A stretch of DNA of 56,256 nucleotides from an uncultured Gammaproteobacteria bacterium (GTDB lineage: Bacteria; Patescibacteriota; Microgenomatia; Levybacterales; UBA12049), in contig CAZIDK010000001.1 in NCBI GenBank assembly GCA_964537895.1, forward strand, positions 233,338 to 289,593, given 5' to 3'. This document shows positions 9,061 through 18,149 of the stretch, piece after piece. Position 1 is the first letter of the stretch; each line of letters starts with the position of its first letter. Made by a program: the position numbers and the translations under genes. The notes beneath the pieces were generated by a model. It was not told the DNA's origin. It was given only the letters and a program-made list of their open reading frames with translations, and searched no databases.

Positions 9061-9973
9061 TCTTCTTTAAAACTCTCGATTTAATATTGCCTAATATTAT
9101 AGCTAAAGCTAGTTTGGGATCAGCTTTTTTACCCCGTAAGAAATATTGGTCGAAAGGCAAAACCCATTCTATTTCAGGATCGCTTGTTTGTCTCGCATTT
9201 CTTTGTCTTTCTTCAAGCCTCACCAGGTCAACTAAATGATGTTTTAAGAGAAATCTTTTTGGCTTCTCATAGGTCCACTTATATGCCTTATAAGGTAATG
9301 ATTTAAGAATTCTGTCCATAAGTCTTGCCGTATGATTGTCTTTGTGGGAAAACAGCCTCGTTTCATCGGTTTCTTCGTATTGTCTGTCTTGTACAGGGAC
9401 CTCTTTCCACGGAGTAGGCGTACCTTCTTTGTCTACATTTAGGACCCTTCTGACTTTGTAAACCCTTTCGAATTTATGAGTGTCCTTTTCTCTTAGTATG
9501 TCTTCTGCAGATTTGAAATCTATTCCAACCAGCCCCCCCATTCTTTCGAATAGTATTCTGATTGTTTTTTGGTGTTCTCCGAACGCCACGTCTATTATTC
9601 TGTTAGATTTTCTTTTTTCTGCGAACTCGACAACCGCCGCAACTTCTCCGCCCGTACTATAGACATCTCCTTCCCTTATTACATTTCTATCCGGGACGCC
9701 ATATCTAACCAGAGCCTCTTTGTATAAGTCTCCTTCAGCAGGTCTTTGAGGTCCTCTTAAATTTCCAAGAGGGGAAAGAACTTCGGCCGAATATCCAATT
9801 TCAGTAGCTTCTTTTTGTGCGAGAGCAGTAGCCTTTGCAGAAATGTGGCTCCATAAAGCAAGGACGGTCGCAATTTTTGTGGGGTTTATTTTTCTGTCTC
9901 CCATCCAGTATCCATGGCCCAATACTACTTTTGATTGTTCGGGTGTTTGATAGATTTGTGCGCGTTCTGTCAT
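9044..9973 (-). CDS. Divergent DUF218/YdcF/ElyC-like protein
   Basis: VVLGHG, AEGDLYKEALVRYGVP..I..E...STGGE, H..I pattern resembles DUF218; clear promoter upstream. Confidence 0.5.
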   Translation of the reverse strand: MTERAQIYQTPEQSKVVLGHGYWMGDRKINPTKIATVLALWSHISAKATALAQKEATEIGYSAEVLSPLGNLRGPQRPAEGDLYKEALVRYGVPDRNVIREGDVYSTGGEVAAVVEFAEKRKSNRIIDVAFGEHQKTIRILFERMGGLVGIDFKSAEDILREKDTHKFERVYKVRRVLNVDKEGTPTPWKEVPVQDRQYEETDETRLFSHKDNHTARLMDRILKSLPYKAYKWTYEKPKRFLLKHHLVDLVRLEERQRNARQTSDPEIEWVLPFDQYFLRGKKADPKLALAIILGNIKSRVLKKIKRTA

Positions 9974-9979
9974 GCGGGG

Positions 9980-10008
9980 ATTATAGCGCTGAATTTACTA
10001 TAAGTCAA
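9980..10008 (-). promoter_or_regulatory. Sigma70 promoter 6 nt upstream of ATG 9973 (leaderless type)
   Basis: TTGACT-17-TATAAT-6-ATG on minus strand. Confidence 0.75.
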
Positions 10009-10013
10009 ATTAG

Positions 10014-10085
10014 TACCAACGGTAGGATTCGGACCTACGACATGGCGCTTATGAAACGCCCGCTCTACCCCTGAGCTACGTTGGC
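10014..10085 (-). tRNA. tRNA-Met (CAU), elongator-type
   Basis: GCCAACG/CGTTGGT; GGCGT-TT CAT AA-GCGCC; T-loop TCCGAAT (variant). Confidence 0.88.
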
Positions 10086-10122
10086 TCGCCTGGGATATTT
10101 TATCAAGAAAAAGCTCAAAATG

Positions 10123-10812
10123 CTATTTTTCTAAATTCAACTTAAGCCCTTCAATAAAACCCTTCATCAAAAGTAGCATATTTAAACTATCCTTTACATG
10201 AATTCTTAAAACACCATGGTAATTGTCTTCATTATATTGTCTTTTCCATTTTGTTTTTTGATAAAAAGTTTTTGAAAATCCACTTTTTGGGATTCCTGTA
10301 ATTTTTGACCAATAATCCTCTATCTCTTTTGTTCTTTTTTCATAAGACTCATTTAAGGTTAACCTAGCAATTATGCTGTCTTTTTTTACTCCAAGAGAGT
10401 TTTCAAGCCATTTTATATAAAACCTTATCATTTCAGGATCAGAATTACAAAAACCCAACCGATGTTCGTGCTTGTTTTTAAATCCTTCTCCCCAATACAA
10501 AGCAATTCCTGCTATTAAGAAATCTCGATTAGTTAGGTTACCCATGCTTGTAATTCCTTTATGGAAAAGTTTCTTTTCGTTATTAAACCTTAAAGCTTTA
10601 CTCTGTTTTTGTTTTCTAATTCTTCCTTCCTGCAATGCTTTATGAGTTTTGGATTTCAATTCATCCAGTTGTCTTTGGGAAAGTTTAATATCCTTAATCC
10701 AGCTTCGAATAGTCGTTTTTGGAACATCTGTTTTTTCATATATCTGTCCTAAGCTTAAGCCTTTTGTACGAAGTTGACGTACATTGTTTTTAATAATCTG
10801 GTTATGCTGCAT
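10123..10812 (-). CDS. HTH + LAGLIDADG-like domain protein (YWGEG family) upstream of tRNA-Met
   Basis: GLSLGQIYEKTDVPKTTIRSW HTH; IAGIALYWGEG, FCNSDP, YWSKITGIP, HGVLRI; promoter TTGACA-17-CATAAT-6-ATG. Confidence 0.75.
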   Translation of the reverse strand: MQHNQIIKNNVRQLRTKGLSLGQIYEKTDVPKTTIRSWIKDIKLSQRQLDELKSKTHKALQEGRIRKQKQSKALRFNNEKKLFHKGITSMGNLTNRDFLIAGIALYWGEGFKNKHEHRLGFCNSDPEMIRFYIKWLENSLGVKKDSIIARLTLNESYEKRTKEIEDYWSKITGIPKSGFSKTFYQKTKWKRQYNEDNYHGVLRIHVKDSLNMLLLMKGFIEGLKLNLEK

Positions 10813-10920
10813 ATTTATATTATGGAAATATTATTGCTCCGTGTCAATAAGAATTTAATAAGCTCAATCATTGAGCAGTTTATTGACTATTAGCTTTATT
10901 TTTGATAGTATTCTTTTATG

Positions 10921-11181
10921 CGCGGGGTAGTGTACAGTGCACGTGAGGCTTAACATAATGGGCCGTTTTGATAGCAATAACAAAACAGTACTCAGCTATA
11001 TCGGTGAACCCCTAATTTAGGGCGATACCGAGGGAAGAGTTCGATGAGAATCGGACAACCCGTAGAGACTACACGCTGGGCTCCCTAAGATTTTAGGGAT
11101 GAAGATATAGTCCGACACTTCAAGTAATTGAAGAAACAGATGCATAATCTCACAGGCTAGGCGCAACTCCTAGCCCCGCAA
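10921..11181 (+). tRNA. Initiator tRNA-fMet (CAU) split by an intron; exons 10921-10950 and 11143-11181
   Basis: CGCGGGG/CCCCGCA with C1:A72 mismatch; spliced anticodon arm TGAGG-CT^CAT AA-TCTCA; T arm CTAGG-CGCAACT-CCTAG. Confidence 0.85.
10951..11142 (+). ncRNA. Group I self-splicing intron (192 nt, no ORF) after U33 of tRNA-fMet
   Basis: 5' exon ends in U that can pair with G of gggcc (P1); tatcggtgaa/taccga (P4), gtagagactacacg (R/P7), gaagatatagtcc (S); ends in omega-G. Confidence 0.88.
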
Positions 11182-12885
11182 CACAGTCGGAATAGAAGCA
11201 TACTTTTCTTCAAATTGTGCCTTCATTGCAAGCTCTTTTTCAGGTGCGACCGCTTCTCCGATAATCGGTGCATCTTCTTTCATTTCTTTAAGGGTGAGAA
11301 TATACTTCGGGCTGTCAATATCTACTATTCTATCCTTCAATGTTAGGTGCGACCCTAAACCCATGAAAATATCCCGTTTTATTTTCAGGTCATCCGTTGC
11401 AAATCGCTCCTTTGCCCTTGCAGCAAATGTAAACGCTTTTACCGTATCCTCGTTTGCTTGTAACATGCGGTTATCAATAGTCCCAAGCTGTTTCTCTAAG
11501 CCTCTCAATTCTTGCTCAAGCGTATCTTTCTCTCGCTTATATTGCTCATCGCTTAGCAAACCCCCATCACTATTGGCTGGTGATATTTTAAGCTGCAAGA
11601 GATTGTCCAGCTTCTTCCTACACTGATCGTGAGCTCGCTTAATGCCATCTATGGCATCCTCTCGGAAGTTTCGCTCATTATCATTCGCCTTGTGAATCTG
11701 GCGTATTGCCCAATCCATGAAAAGGGGTGAAATCTCAACATGCGTGAGCTTCTCATCAATTTGCTCCTCAAGTCTGTCAATCCGTATCGCTCGCTCTCTA
11801 CAGGCGGAGTTCTTCTTACGACTGCATCTGTAGTAGGTATAGTGCAGAATTGTAGGCTTTACCATATCTTCTATACGAGTATTACATGCCGTACACTTTT
11901 CTTTGTTGATCTTCGTCAGCGAAAACTTGAGCTTACAGTTTGTGCAAATACACTGCAACTTTTGCTCGGCAACGATACTTGAACTGCAAGACCCACACCT
12001 CACGAGGCTACCTGTATAGGCATACTCATGGTGCTTCAGTCTATACTGACTTCTGCGACCAAGTTTCAGTTGAATCTCATTAAATATCTCCTCACTTATG
12101 GTTTTTTCATGCTGTCCTTCGTACCACTTGCCGCTTCCAATAGGATACTCATACTTCCCAATGTAAAAGGGGTTCGTAAGAATAGCATAAAACATGCTTA
12201 TTGAGAGCTGCTTACCTCCGCTTCGCTTCTTCTGTCTCGTTGCAAAATGCCATTCATCTTTTGCAATCCTATGAATTTCTATAACTGGTGTACCTGTATG
12301 GAATAGCTCAAATATCTTTTTAACGAATGGTAAGCGTTCTGAATCGGTAAGTATTTTTCTAAACCCGCTTTCTGTGGTCTTGTCATTGAGATAGCCAACT
12401 GGTGCAACGCCTGGCCGCCAACCATCACGTGCTTTCTTTCCTAACCCTCGTACGACAACAATACTTTTATCATCGCTATCTTTCTTTGAAATACCAAATT
12501 CAAGCGTGAGCATAAACTTATCTTCTGGCGTATTGTGATAGGTACGGGAGGGTGTACGAATTTCTATAAGCTTGCCTTCATCCATTAAGTAAAGAATTCT
12601 GCCTGAATCAAGGGGGTTACGACATAACCTATTGGGATGCCACGTTAGGATAGCATTTGCTTTACCTACCTCTACCTTTTCAAGCATGGCATTGAATAAT
12701 TCTCTGCCTGCTTTATGAGCAGATTTTGATTCTTGGAGAATTTCAATAATGGCAAGATTATGTCGTGCTTTAATTCCTTCAAGAACGTACAGTTGCTCAG
12801 GTAAAGATGCTGCTTGCCGCTCCTTGTTATCCTCCGAGGACTTGCGAGCATAGCCTATGTATCGTAGAGTAATTTCTTTATCCAT
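11170..12885 (-). CDS. Large serine recombinase (resolvase + recombinase + Zn-ribbon + coiled coil)
   Basis: YARKSSE catalytic Ser; ESKSA, NRLCRN, APVGY, ILTNPFYIG, GQHEKTIS, CGSC, YYRC. Confidence 0.93.
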   Translation of the reverse strand: MDKEITLRYIGYARKSSEDNKERQAASLPEQLYVLEGIKARHNLAIIEILQESKSAHKAGRELFNAMLEKVEVGKANAILTWHPNRLCRNPLDSGRILYLMDEGKLIEIRTPSRTYHNTPEDKFMLTLEFGISKKDSDDKSIVVVRGLGKKARDGWRPGVAPVGYLNDKTTESGFRKILTDSERLPFVKKIFELFHTGTPVIEIHRIAKDEWHFATRQKKRSGGKQLSISMFYAILTNPFYIGKYEYPIGSGKWYEGQHEKTISEEIFNEIQLKLGRRSQYRLKHHEYAYTGSLVRCGSCSSSIVAEQKLQCICTNCKLKFSLTKINKEKCTACNTRIEDMVKPTILHYTYYRCSRKKNSACRERAIRIDRLEEQIDEKLTHVEISPLFMDWAIRQIHKANDNERNFREDAIDGIKRAHDQCRKKLDNLLQLKISPANSDGGLLSDEQYKREKDTLEQELRGLEKQLGTIDNRMLQANEDTVKAFTFAARAKERFATDDLKIKRDIFMGLGSHLTLKDRIVDIDSPKYILTLKEMKEDAPIIGEAVAPEKELAMKAQFEEKYASIPTVLRG

Positions 12886-12977
12886 AAATATCTATAATGG
12901 CCGCCCTAGTTGTACTCACACCCTTGCGGATATGTCTAGGACGGCCATTAAAAAACCGCAAGATAGGTGAGTACGAC

Positions 12978-13166
12978 TTAATTATCTTCTTTCTTGTCTT
13001 TGCTGTCAATATCTTTTTTCTTTGGTAAATCATTACCATACACAGCCTTTACAAGGCCTATTAGACGACTGCCATAGTCAATAGCTTGTTGATTGGTGAG
13101 TTTTATACCATATTCTCTAAAATACATCTGCTTAAATTCCTCAATTGATTCTTGATCCAACTGCAT
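12978..13166 (-). CDS. Small element protein next to integrase (candidate directionality/regulatory factor)
   Basis: 62-aa ORF with AAGGAG RBS, end of a three-gene operon upstream of the recombinase. Confidence 0.65.
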   Translation of the reverse strand: MQLDQESIEEFKQMYFREYGIKLTNQQAIDYGSRLIGLVKAVYGNDLPKKKDIDSKDKKEDN

Positions 13167-13167
13167 T

Positions 13168-13341
13168 TTACTCCTTTTCAGATGAGACTTTCTCCACTGC
13201 TAAAAGCTCTGCTAGATACCCTTCCAAAAGCGTTTTAATGCTCACTCCAGCCCTCGTTGCTTTAATTTTGAGTAATTGATGCAGTCCAGCGTCTATCCGT
13301 ACTTGCTTTGTAGAATTTTTGTCACTTTGTAACTTTTTCAT
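13168..13341 (-). CDS. Ribbon-helix-helix-like small DNA-binding protein (57 aa), not in ORF track
   Basis: MKKLQSDKNSTKQVRIDAGLHQLLKIKATRAGVSIKTLLEGYLAELLAVEKVSSEKE; ATGA overlap with upstream ORF. Confidence 0.7.
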   Translation of the reverse strand: MKKLQSDKNSTKQVRIDAGLHQLLKIKATRAGVSIKTLLEGYLAELLAVEKVSSEKE

Positions 13342-13667
13342 GTTTTCTTTTTGCGAACAACAATTCCATAAAAGTATTGAGCTGGTGTCGTTCTTATTCG
13401 TCCATCTTTTTGAGCCTCATTTGTTAATGCGAGACATTCAAATAGAGTTTCCGTGGAATATTGATAGGCAAGTTTTATATAAAGTTTGAGATTGTTTGGG
13501 GCATTAAGTTTTTCCGCTAACATTTCACCTATAGCTTTTGGTTTATCTATAGCGTCTCTAATTCTTTGAACAACGTTTTCATCGTAAACGTTGTTATATA
13601 TATTATTATCTACGTTAACGTTAGTACCAACGTTCTTTCTTTTAAGAATAGAATTTAAATCTTCCAT
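13338..13667 (-). CDS. Hypothetical protein, possible replication (DnaD/DnaB-C-like) protein
   Basis: N/V-rich linker then LAEKL..LYIKLA..LFECL..PAQYFYGIV; resembles 44751-45017; probable start MEDLNS. Confidence 0.5.
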   Translation of the reverse strand: MEDLNSILKRKNVGTNVNVDNNIYNNVYDENVVQRIRDAIDKPKAIGEMLAEKLNAPNNLKLYIKLAYQYSTETLFECLALTNEAQKDGRIRTTPAQYFYGIVVRKKKT

Positions 13668-13813
13668 ATAAAAAACAGTCTCCGAAGATAGGGCTCTCAA
13701 GGAGACTGTTTATTACTAATTAGTTCGTAACCTTGTATTAAACAAGCCCTATACGGTTGCTGTTATGGTAATGGAAAGGGGGTGAATATTATGGACAATA
13801 ACAGGTAGATGTG

Positions 13814-14482
13814 TTAATGTCCCTTGAGTACCTTTTTAAGGCGTTGCACGCCTTTATGGGTTGCCTCTAAGCTTCGTTCGTCATTTACATCACGAGGTAT
13901 AGATTTATCATATATTTCTTTCACTGTTTTACCTGTACTTTTTTGTTCCAGCACAGCAAAATCTTCCAATAGCCTTCTTTTTGTTCTTGCTGATTCATAA
14001 TCAGGTAAAGATTTTTGCAAGGCACGTACTTTATCCCATACCCTTTTAACATCGTTAAGAGTTGTATTTGCATTCAGCTCTAAGATTAGCAAATTAGGTC
14101 TATTGTCTTTAAAAAGCATTTTAATTTTGGGTAGAACAGGAGTATTTCCAGAACGCATAACAATCCTATCTCTTATTATTCCCCTTGTAAGATACAGAGC
14201 GAAAAAGTAAACCCAATAACGAGGTTTCTTAACAATAGGTAGAATAATTTCAGTAATATCTTGCAGAAAATTTGAATACAGAGATGGAGATTGCTTACCA
14301 GCAAATACTTTCTGTCTTGTTAATCTATCTAACCAATTCTTATACTCGCTGCTTTTTTGAAATCCTTTTGCAGGAATACTCCATTTCTTTCTAAGCTGAT
14401 TGATAGTAGCTTTTACTGCTTCTTTTGCAACCTCTAGCTGAGCGTTTTTGAATACAATTTCTCCTTGAGAGCCCTGTTTCAT
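13814..14482 (-). CDS. Hypothetical basic protein, possible C-terminal HTH
   Basis: 222-aa ORF with TGCTATACT -10 box 8 nt upstream. Confidence 0.65.
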   Translation of the reverse strand: MKQGSQGEIVFKNAQLEVAKEAVKATINQLRKKWSIPAKGFQKSSEYKNWLDRLTRQKVFAGKQSPSLYSNFLQDITEIILPIVKKPRYWVYFFALYLTRGIIRDRIVMRSGNTPVLPKIKMLFKDNRPNLLILELNANTTLNDVKRVWDKVRALQKSLPDYESARTKRRLLEDFAVLEQKSTGKTVKEIYDKSIPRDVNDERSLEATHKGVQRLKKVLKGH

Positions 14483-14519
14483 TACAGCCTAGTATAGCAT
14501 CTATGATAAAATACTTAGG

Positions 14520-16121
14520 TTGATGATCAATATTCAAAAGAAAGAATCGGAGACGATTGAATTTAAGGAATCCATGAGCGAACTTGAGAACGCTGGAGAA
14601 ACTTTATGCGCTTTCGCTAATCAAAGAGGGGGAGATTTATACTTCGGAGTAAAGAACAATGGAGAAGTAAAAGGTATCCCAAGTATTAACGAAAAGACAA
14701 CGAGAGATATTTCACAGTACATTTTTGATAATCTCGAGCCTAAAAAAATAATAAGCATAGACCAAGAAACTATTGAAGGAATAAGTATATTAAAAATTTC
14801 AATTGGAAAAAGTGATACTCCATATCATACTTTCCGCAAGAAGCCCTATATAAGAATAGGTGCATCAACAAAATTAATGCCACAAGAAGAATATCAGCAT
14901 CGCTTGATGCTCTATAAAAGCACGAACAAAGATTATTCTTCTCAAATTATCTCTGAAGCAAAACTATCGGATTTATCATCAGATGCTATAGTAAAACTTA
15001 GAGCTCTACTTATGCAATCTGGAAGATACGACGTAGATATAAGCAAATTAACTGACGAGCAACTATTAAAAGATTTATTATTGATCCGAGATAATCAATT
15101 AACAATTGCTTCCTTGGTTTTGCTTGGCTCTGAAAGTGCCTTAAGTAATTTCTTGCCTTACTCTGAAGTAAGATTCGGATATAAAATCTCCGAATCAGAA
15201 ATAAGAAATCAAGATACAGCAATATTTAAAGGGGGCTATTTACTTTATTATGATCGGATTTGGGAAAAAATTCAGGCAAGAAATCTTACTCTATCTATCC
15301 CCTTAGGAATGAGGCTGGTTGAAAAGAAGGCTTTTGATGAACAAACTATTAGAGAGGCTGTAAACAATGCAATAATTCACAGGGATTATCTCGTCCAAGA
15401 ATCTAGTTTTATTATGCAATATCCTATAAAAATCGTTATCAAAAGTCCAGGAGGATTTCCTGAAGGAATAACAATCAACAATATTATGTTTGAAACTAAA
15501 CCTAGAAATAAACTGCTGGCTGATCTGCTATTTAAGTGTGAACTAGTTGAACAATTCGGGAATGGAGTAAATTTAATGTATAAAAACCAACTGGGTCTTG
15601 GAAAGAGCCCGCCAAACTATAGACAATCAACAGATAAAAGAGTAGCCCTAGAATTAGATGGAAAAATTCAAGATTTGGAGTTCGCTAAATATGTACTCAG
15701 AGTAGCAGAAAATAAAAATAAAGTACTAAATGATGTAGAGTTATTAATTCTAAATAAAATAAAGAATAATCAAAGCGTAGTTCCTAATGAAACAACCGAA
15801 GAGCTATTAAATCTTGGACTAATAGAAAGACGAGGTTTCAAGAAATTTATGTTATCGAAACAATATTACGAAGATACTAATCAGAAAGGTATATACACTA
15901 AGCAAAAGGGTTTAACGAAGAGCACGAATAAGGCTCTCATACTTAAGCACTTGCAGAATTTCGGATCTGGCAGAAAAGAGGATATAGCTCAAATTTTTAA
16001 TTATGAAATGAATGAAAAAACTCTCTGGAAACTACTTGATGAGCTAAAGAAAGAAGAAAAAATCTATTTTGATGGAAAGCCTCGTTCACGTACTGGTCAG
16101 TGGAAATTAAAGGATAAGTAA
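14520..16121 (+). CDS. Schlafen/AlbA_2 + HATPase_c_4 (RecG-C-like) + winged-helix protein
   Basis: ESETIEFKES, CAFANQRGGDLYFGV, REAVNNAIIHRDY, SPGGFP, PRNKLLA, EQFGNG; C-terminal wHTH ending GQW. Confidence 0.85.
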   Translation: MMINIQKKESETIEFKESMSELENAGETLCAFANQRGGDLYFGVKNNGEVKGIPSINEKTTRDISQYIFDNLEPKKIISIDQETIEGISILKISIGKSDTPYHTFRKKPYIRIGASTKLMPQEEYQHRLMLYKSTNKDYSSQIISEAKLSDLSSDAIVKLRALLMQSGRYDVDISKLTDEQLLKDLLLIRDNQLTIASLVLLGSESALSNFLPYSEVRFGYKISESEIRNQDTAIFKGGYLLYYDRIWEKIQARNLTLSIPLGMRLVEKKAFDEQTIREAVNNAIIHRDYLVQESSFIMQYPIKIVIKSPGGFPEGITINNIMFETKPRNKLLADLLFKCELVEQFGNGVNLMYKNQLGLGKSPPNYRQSTDKRVALELDGKIQDLEFAKYVLRVAENKNKVLNDVELLILNKIKNNQSVVPNETTEELLNLGLIERRGFKKFMLSKQYYEDTNQKGIYTKQKGLTKSTNKALILKHLQNFGSGRKEDIAQIFNYEMNEKTLWKLLDELKKEEKIYFDGKPRSRTGQWKLKDK

Positions 16122-16190
16122 TAGGTACAGGATAGGTAGTCAAGGGGTAATCTAAGGCAACTTATAGGTACAGGATAGGTAGTCAAGGGG
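16121..16190 (+). repeat. Two exact 27-bp direct repeats with a 16-bp spacer
   Basis: ataggtacaggataggtagtcaagggg at 16121-16147 and 16164-16190. Confidence 0.9.
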
Positions 16191-16350
16191 CAGTTGATAG
16201 GTAGAGACTTCGTCTATTATAGATTCCTTATTTATAGCTCAATTCAGAAGATCATAACACTAAAAGATTTAGTAATTTTAGATAAAGTCTTAAATGTAGG
16301 ATTTCTTTTCCACTCTTAATTTCTATTATTGGCCGAGGGACACTCAAGGT

Positions 16351-16560
16351 TTAGAAGTCAAAAAGCTCAGATAGTTTGACTTCAAGGGCGTTTGCTATTT
16401 TCCACATGGTTCTTAGCATTGGTTCACGATTTCCGTTTTCAATTTCATTAACTGTCGTTAAATCTACGTTTGCCTTTTGAGCTAAATCAAGTTGAGACAT
16501 TCCTTTTCTCCCTCGTAGCTTCTTAATCTGAAAGCCTAGTCTTTGAGTAATGGTGGCCAT
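16351..16560 (-). CDS. XRE/Cro-family HTH regulator
   Basis: LRGRKGMSQLDLAQKANVDLTTVNEIENGNREP..KIANALEV. Confidence 0.9.
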   Translation of the reverse strand: MATITQRLGFQIKKLRGRKGMSQLDLAQKANVDLTTVNEIENGNREPMLRTMWKIANALEVKLSELFDF

Positions 16561-16650
16561 TGTTTCACCCCTTGAACAAATATGGCAGGGATGCCATACT
16601 TACGATATGGCGAGGATGCCAAATTTCAGCCTTTATCTAAGGGTAGATTT

Positions 16651-16914
16651 ATGAATAAAAAGAAATCTACAAAAGCAGAAGCGACTATTGCAGATAAAAT
16701 AAGAGTTAATATTGTTGATATAGTTGTAACGCTTGCAGTACCTATTATTGCCTCTCTCATTTACATTAAAGTTGCTGGCGAGGAATTTGTTTCTACTGAA
16801 CTAGGAGCGTTTATAATGTTAGGGGTAGTTTTGCTGTCCAGTATAACAGCTCATTTTACTTACAGATTCTTATTTCCGCATTATTCTGATGATCTAGGGG
16901 GTATAAAGTTTTAA
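16651..16914 (+). CDS. Two-TM membrane protein
   Basis: Two hydrophobic segments; probable start MNKKK (ORF track starts at 16582). Confidence 0.6.
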   Translation: MNKKKSTKAEATIADKIRVNIVDIVVTLAVPIIASLIYIKVAGEEFVSTELGAFIMLGVVLLSSITAHFTYRFLFPHYSDDLGGIKF

Positions 16915-16915
16915 T

Positions 16916-17644
16916 ATGATGAAAATATTTACTGGTAAGTTTTTCCGAAATGTATGGCTATTCTCAGTAGTAGTGTTCTTAGGAAATATAGCTTATGTAG
17001 TTTTCAGTCCTGGAGAGAAAAATTTACCAGAGGATAAAATATTAATCCCCACCATTATTCTCTTTGCCTCTGTTTTTATTGGCAGCATATCGTTTGTGTT
17101 CTGGATACTTTCAATAATTGATAAGCGTCTTAGCACTAGCTTTGAAAAATATTCCTCATCTCGTGGTAAAGCAGTAAAAATAATAAAAATATCCCTTATT
17201 ACTCTTTCAGCACTTTTTGTCGTTTTACTTTTAGTAATAACCTTTTTATTCTCAACGACTTCTATTACTGGTGATTCAATGGGTGGTAAATATAAAGATA
17301 ACAGCATCCAAATTATTTGTAAGATATGTAAGGAAATTAAACGAGGGGATGTGATTATATATAATACCATTCATGATCCCGACACAGATTACATTGGAAG
17401 AATAGTTGGATTGCCTAATGAAAATATAACAATTGAAAAAGGTAAGTTGCTTGTGAATGGTAATATCTTAATAGAAAATTATGCTGACTGGTCAGAATGG
17501 AATCCTCAAGAGAAGTTAGATATACAACTTAATGATGATGAATATTTTGCCTTATTTGATAGAAGAAAAATATATACAGAATCAGGGGAATTTATTAACA
17601 TTCATAAGTTTAAGAAAAGTAGTTATATAGGAAAAATCTTATGA
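16916..17644 (+). CDS. Signal peptidase I-like (S26) protein with three N-terminal TMs
   Basis: ITGDSM catalytic-Ser motif; RGDVIIY; YIGRIVGLPNE where the KR-box Lys appears replaced by G. Confidence 0.7.
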   Translation: MMKIFTGKFFRNVWLFSVVVFLGNIAYVVFSPGEKNLPEDKILIPTIILFASVFIGSISFVFWILSIIDKRLSTSFEKYSSSRGKAVKIIKISLITLSALFVVLLLVITFLFSTTSITGDSMGGKYKDNSIQIICKICKEIKRGDVIIYNTIHDPDTDYIGRIVGLPNENITIEKGKLLVNGNILIENYADWSEWNPQEKLDIQLNDDEYFALFDRRKIYTESGEFINIHKFKKSSYIGKIL

Positions 17645-17823
17645 ACTTCAATAAACCTTTTCTAAAAGGAGCTGTCATAGGAATCCTTATTTATCTTGTA
17701 TTTAATCTTTTTGTTTTACTCCTTGGTTTACCTATTCTCCTTGGATATTATTTTGCAATAGTTTTTGCACTAATTGGAGGATTAACGTCCTTGTTGTTTA
17801 ATAAAAAGAAATTAATTCAATGA
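17641..17823 (+). CDS. Small two-TM membrane protein
   Basis: 60 aa, hydrophobic, ATGA overlaps on both sides. Confidence 0.6.
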   Translation: MNFNKPFLKGAVIGILIYLVFNLFVLLLGLPILLGYYFAIVFALIGGLTSLLFNKKKLIQ

Positions 17824-18089
17824 GAGATTTATTGATTGAAGCTCTTTATAGAATTAAAGAAAATATTGGTAATATATTTGGACTGATTATATTGACAATC
17901 GTTCTTGCGCCAATCATCCTCCTACTTTTTAAAATGATAGATTATCTCTTTCCAGGTTTGCACCCAATAACATCAGCAATTAGCAATATAATATTATTTG
18001 TACCAAACTGGCTATTTTCAGGTTATACAGGTGGAGATCCCTACGAATACTGTACAGAAGATAGATTTGGTACTCCTATCTGTCCTTAA
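17820..18089 (+). CDS. Small membrane protein
   Basis: 89 aa, TM segments, C-terminal Cys pair. Confidence 0.6.
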   Translation: MRDLLIEALYRIKENIGNIFGLIILTIVLAPIILLLFKMIDYLFPGLHPITSAISNIILFVPNWLFSGYTGGDPYEYCTEDRFGTPICP

Positions 18090-18149
18090 TATCTGAAAAT
18101 ATATAAACTGATTTTAATATAAAATATTCCTATGTATTGGAAAAACAAA

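Noticed and set aside
13621-13632. 12-bp match TTAGTACCAACG to the tRNA-Met 3' end (10010-10021) as a second att site
   Set aside because: It lies inside an ORF with no boundary signal, and 12-bp matches are expected by chance in a 56-kb AT-rich window.
16121-16190. Possible CRISPR mini-array
   Set aside because: Only two repeats, a 16-bp spacer, no palindrome and no cas genes in the window.
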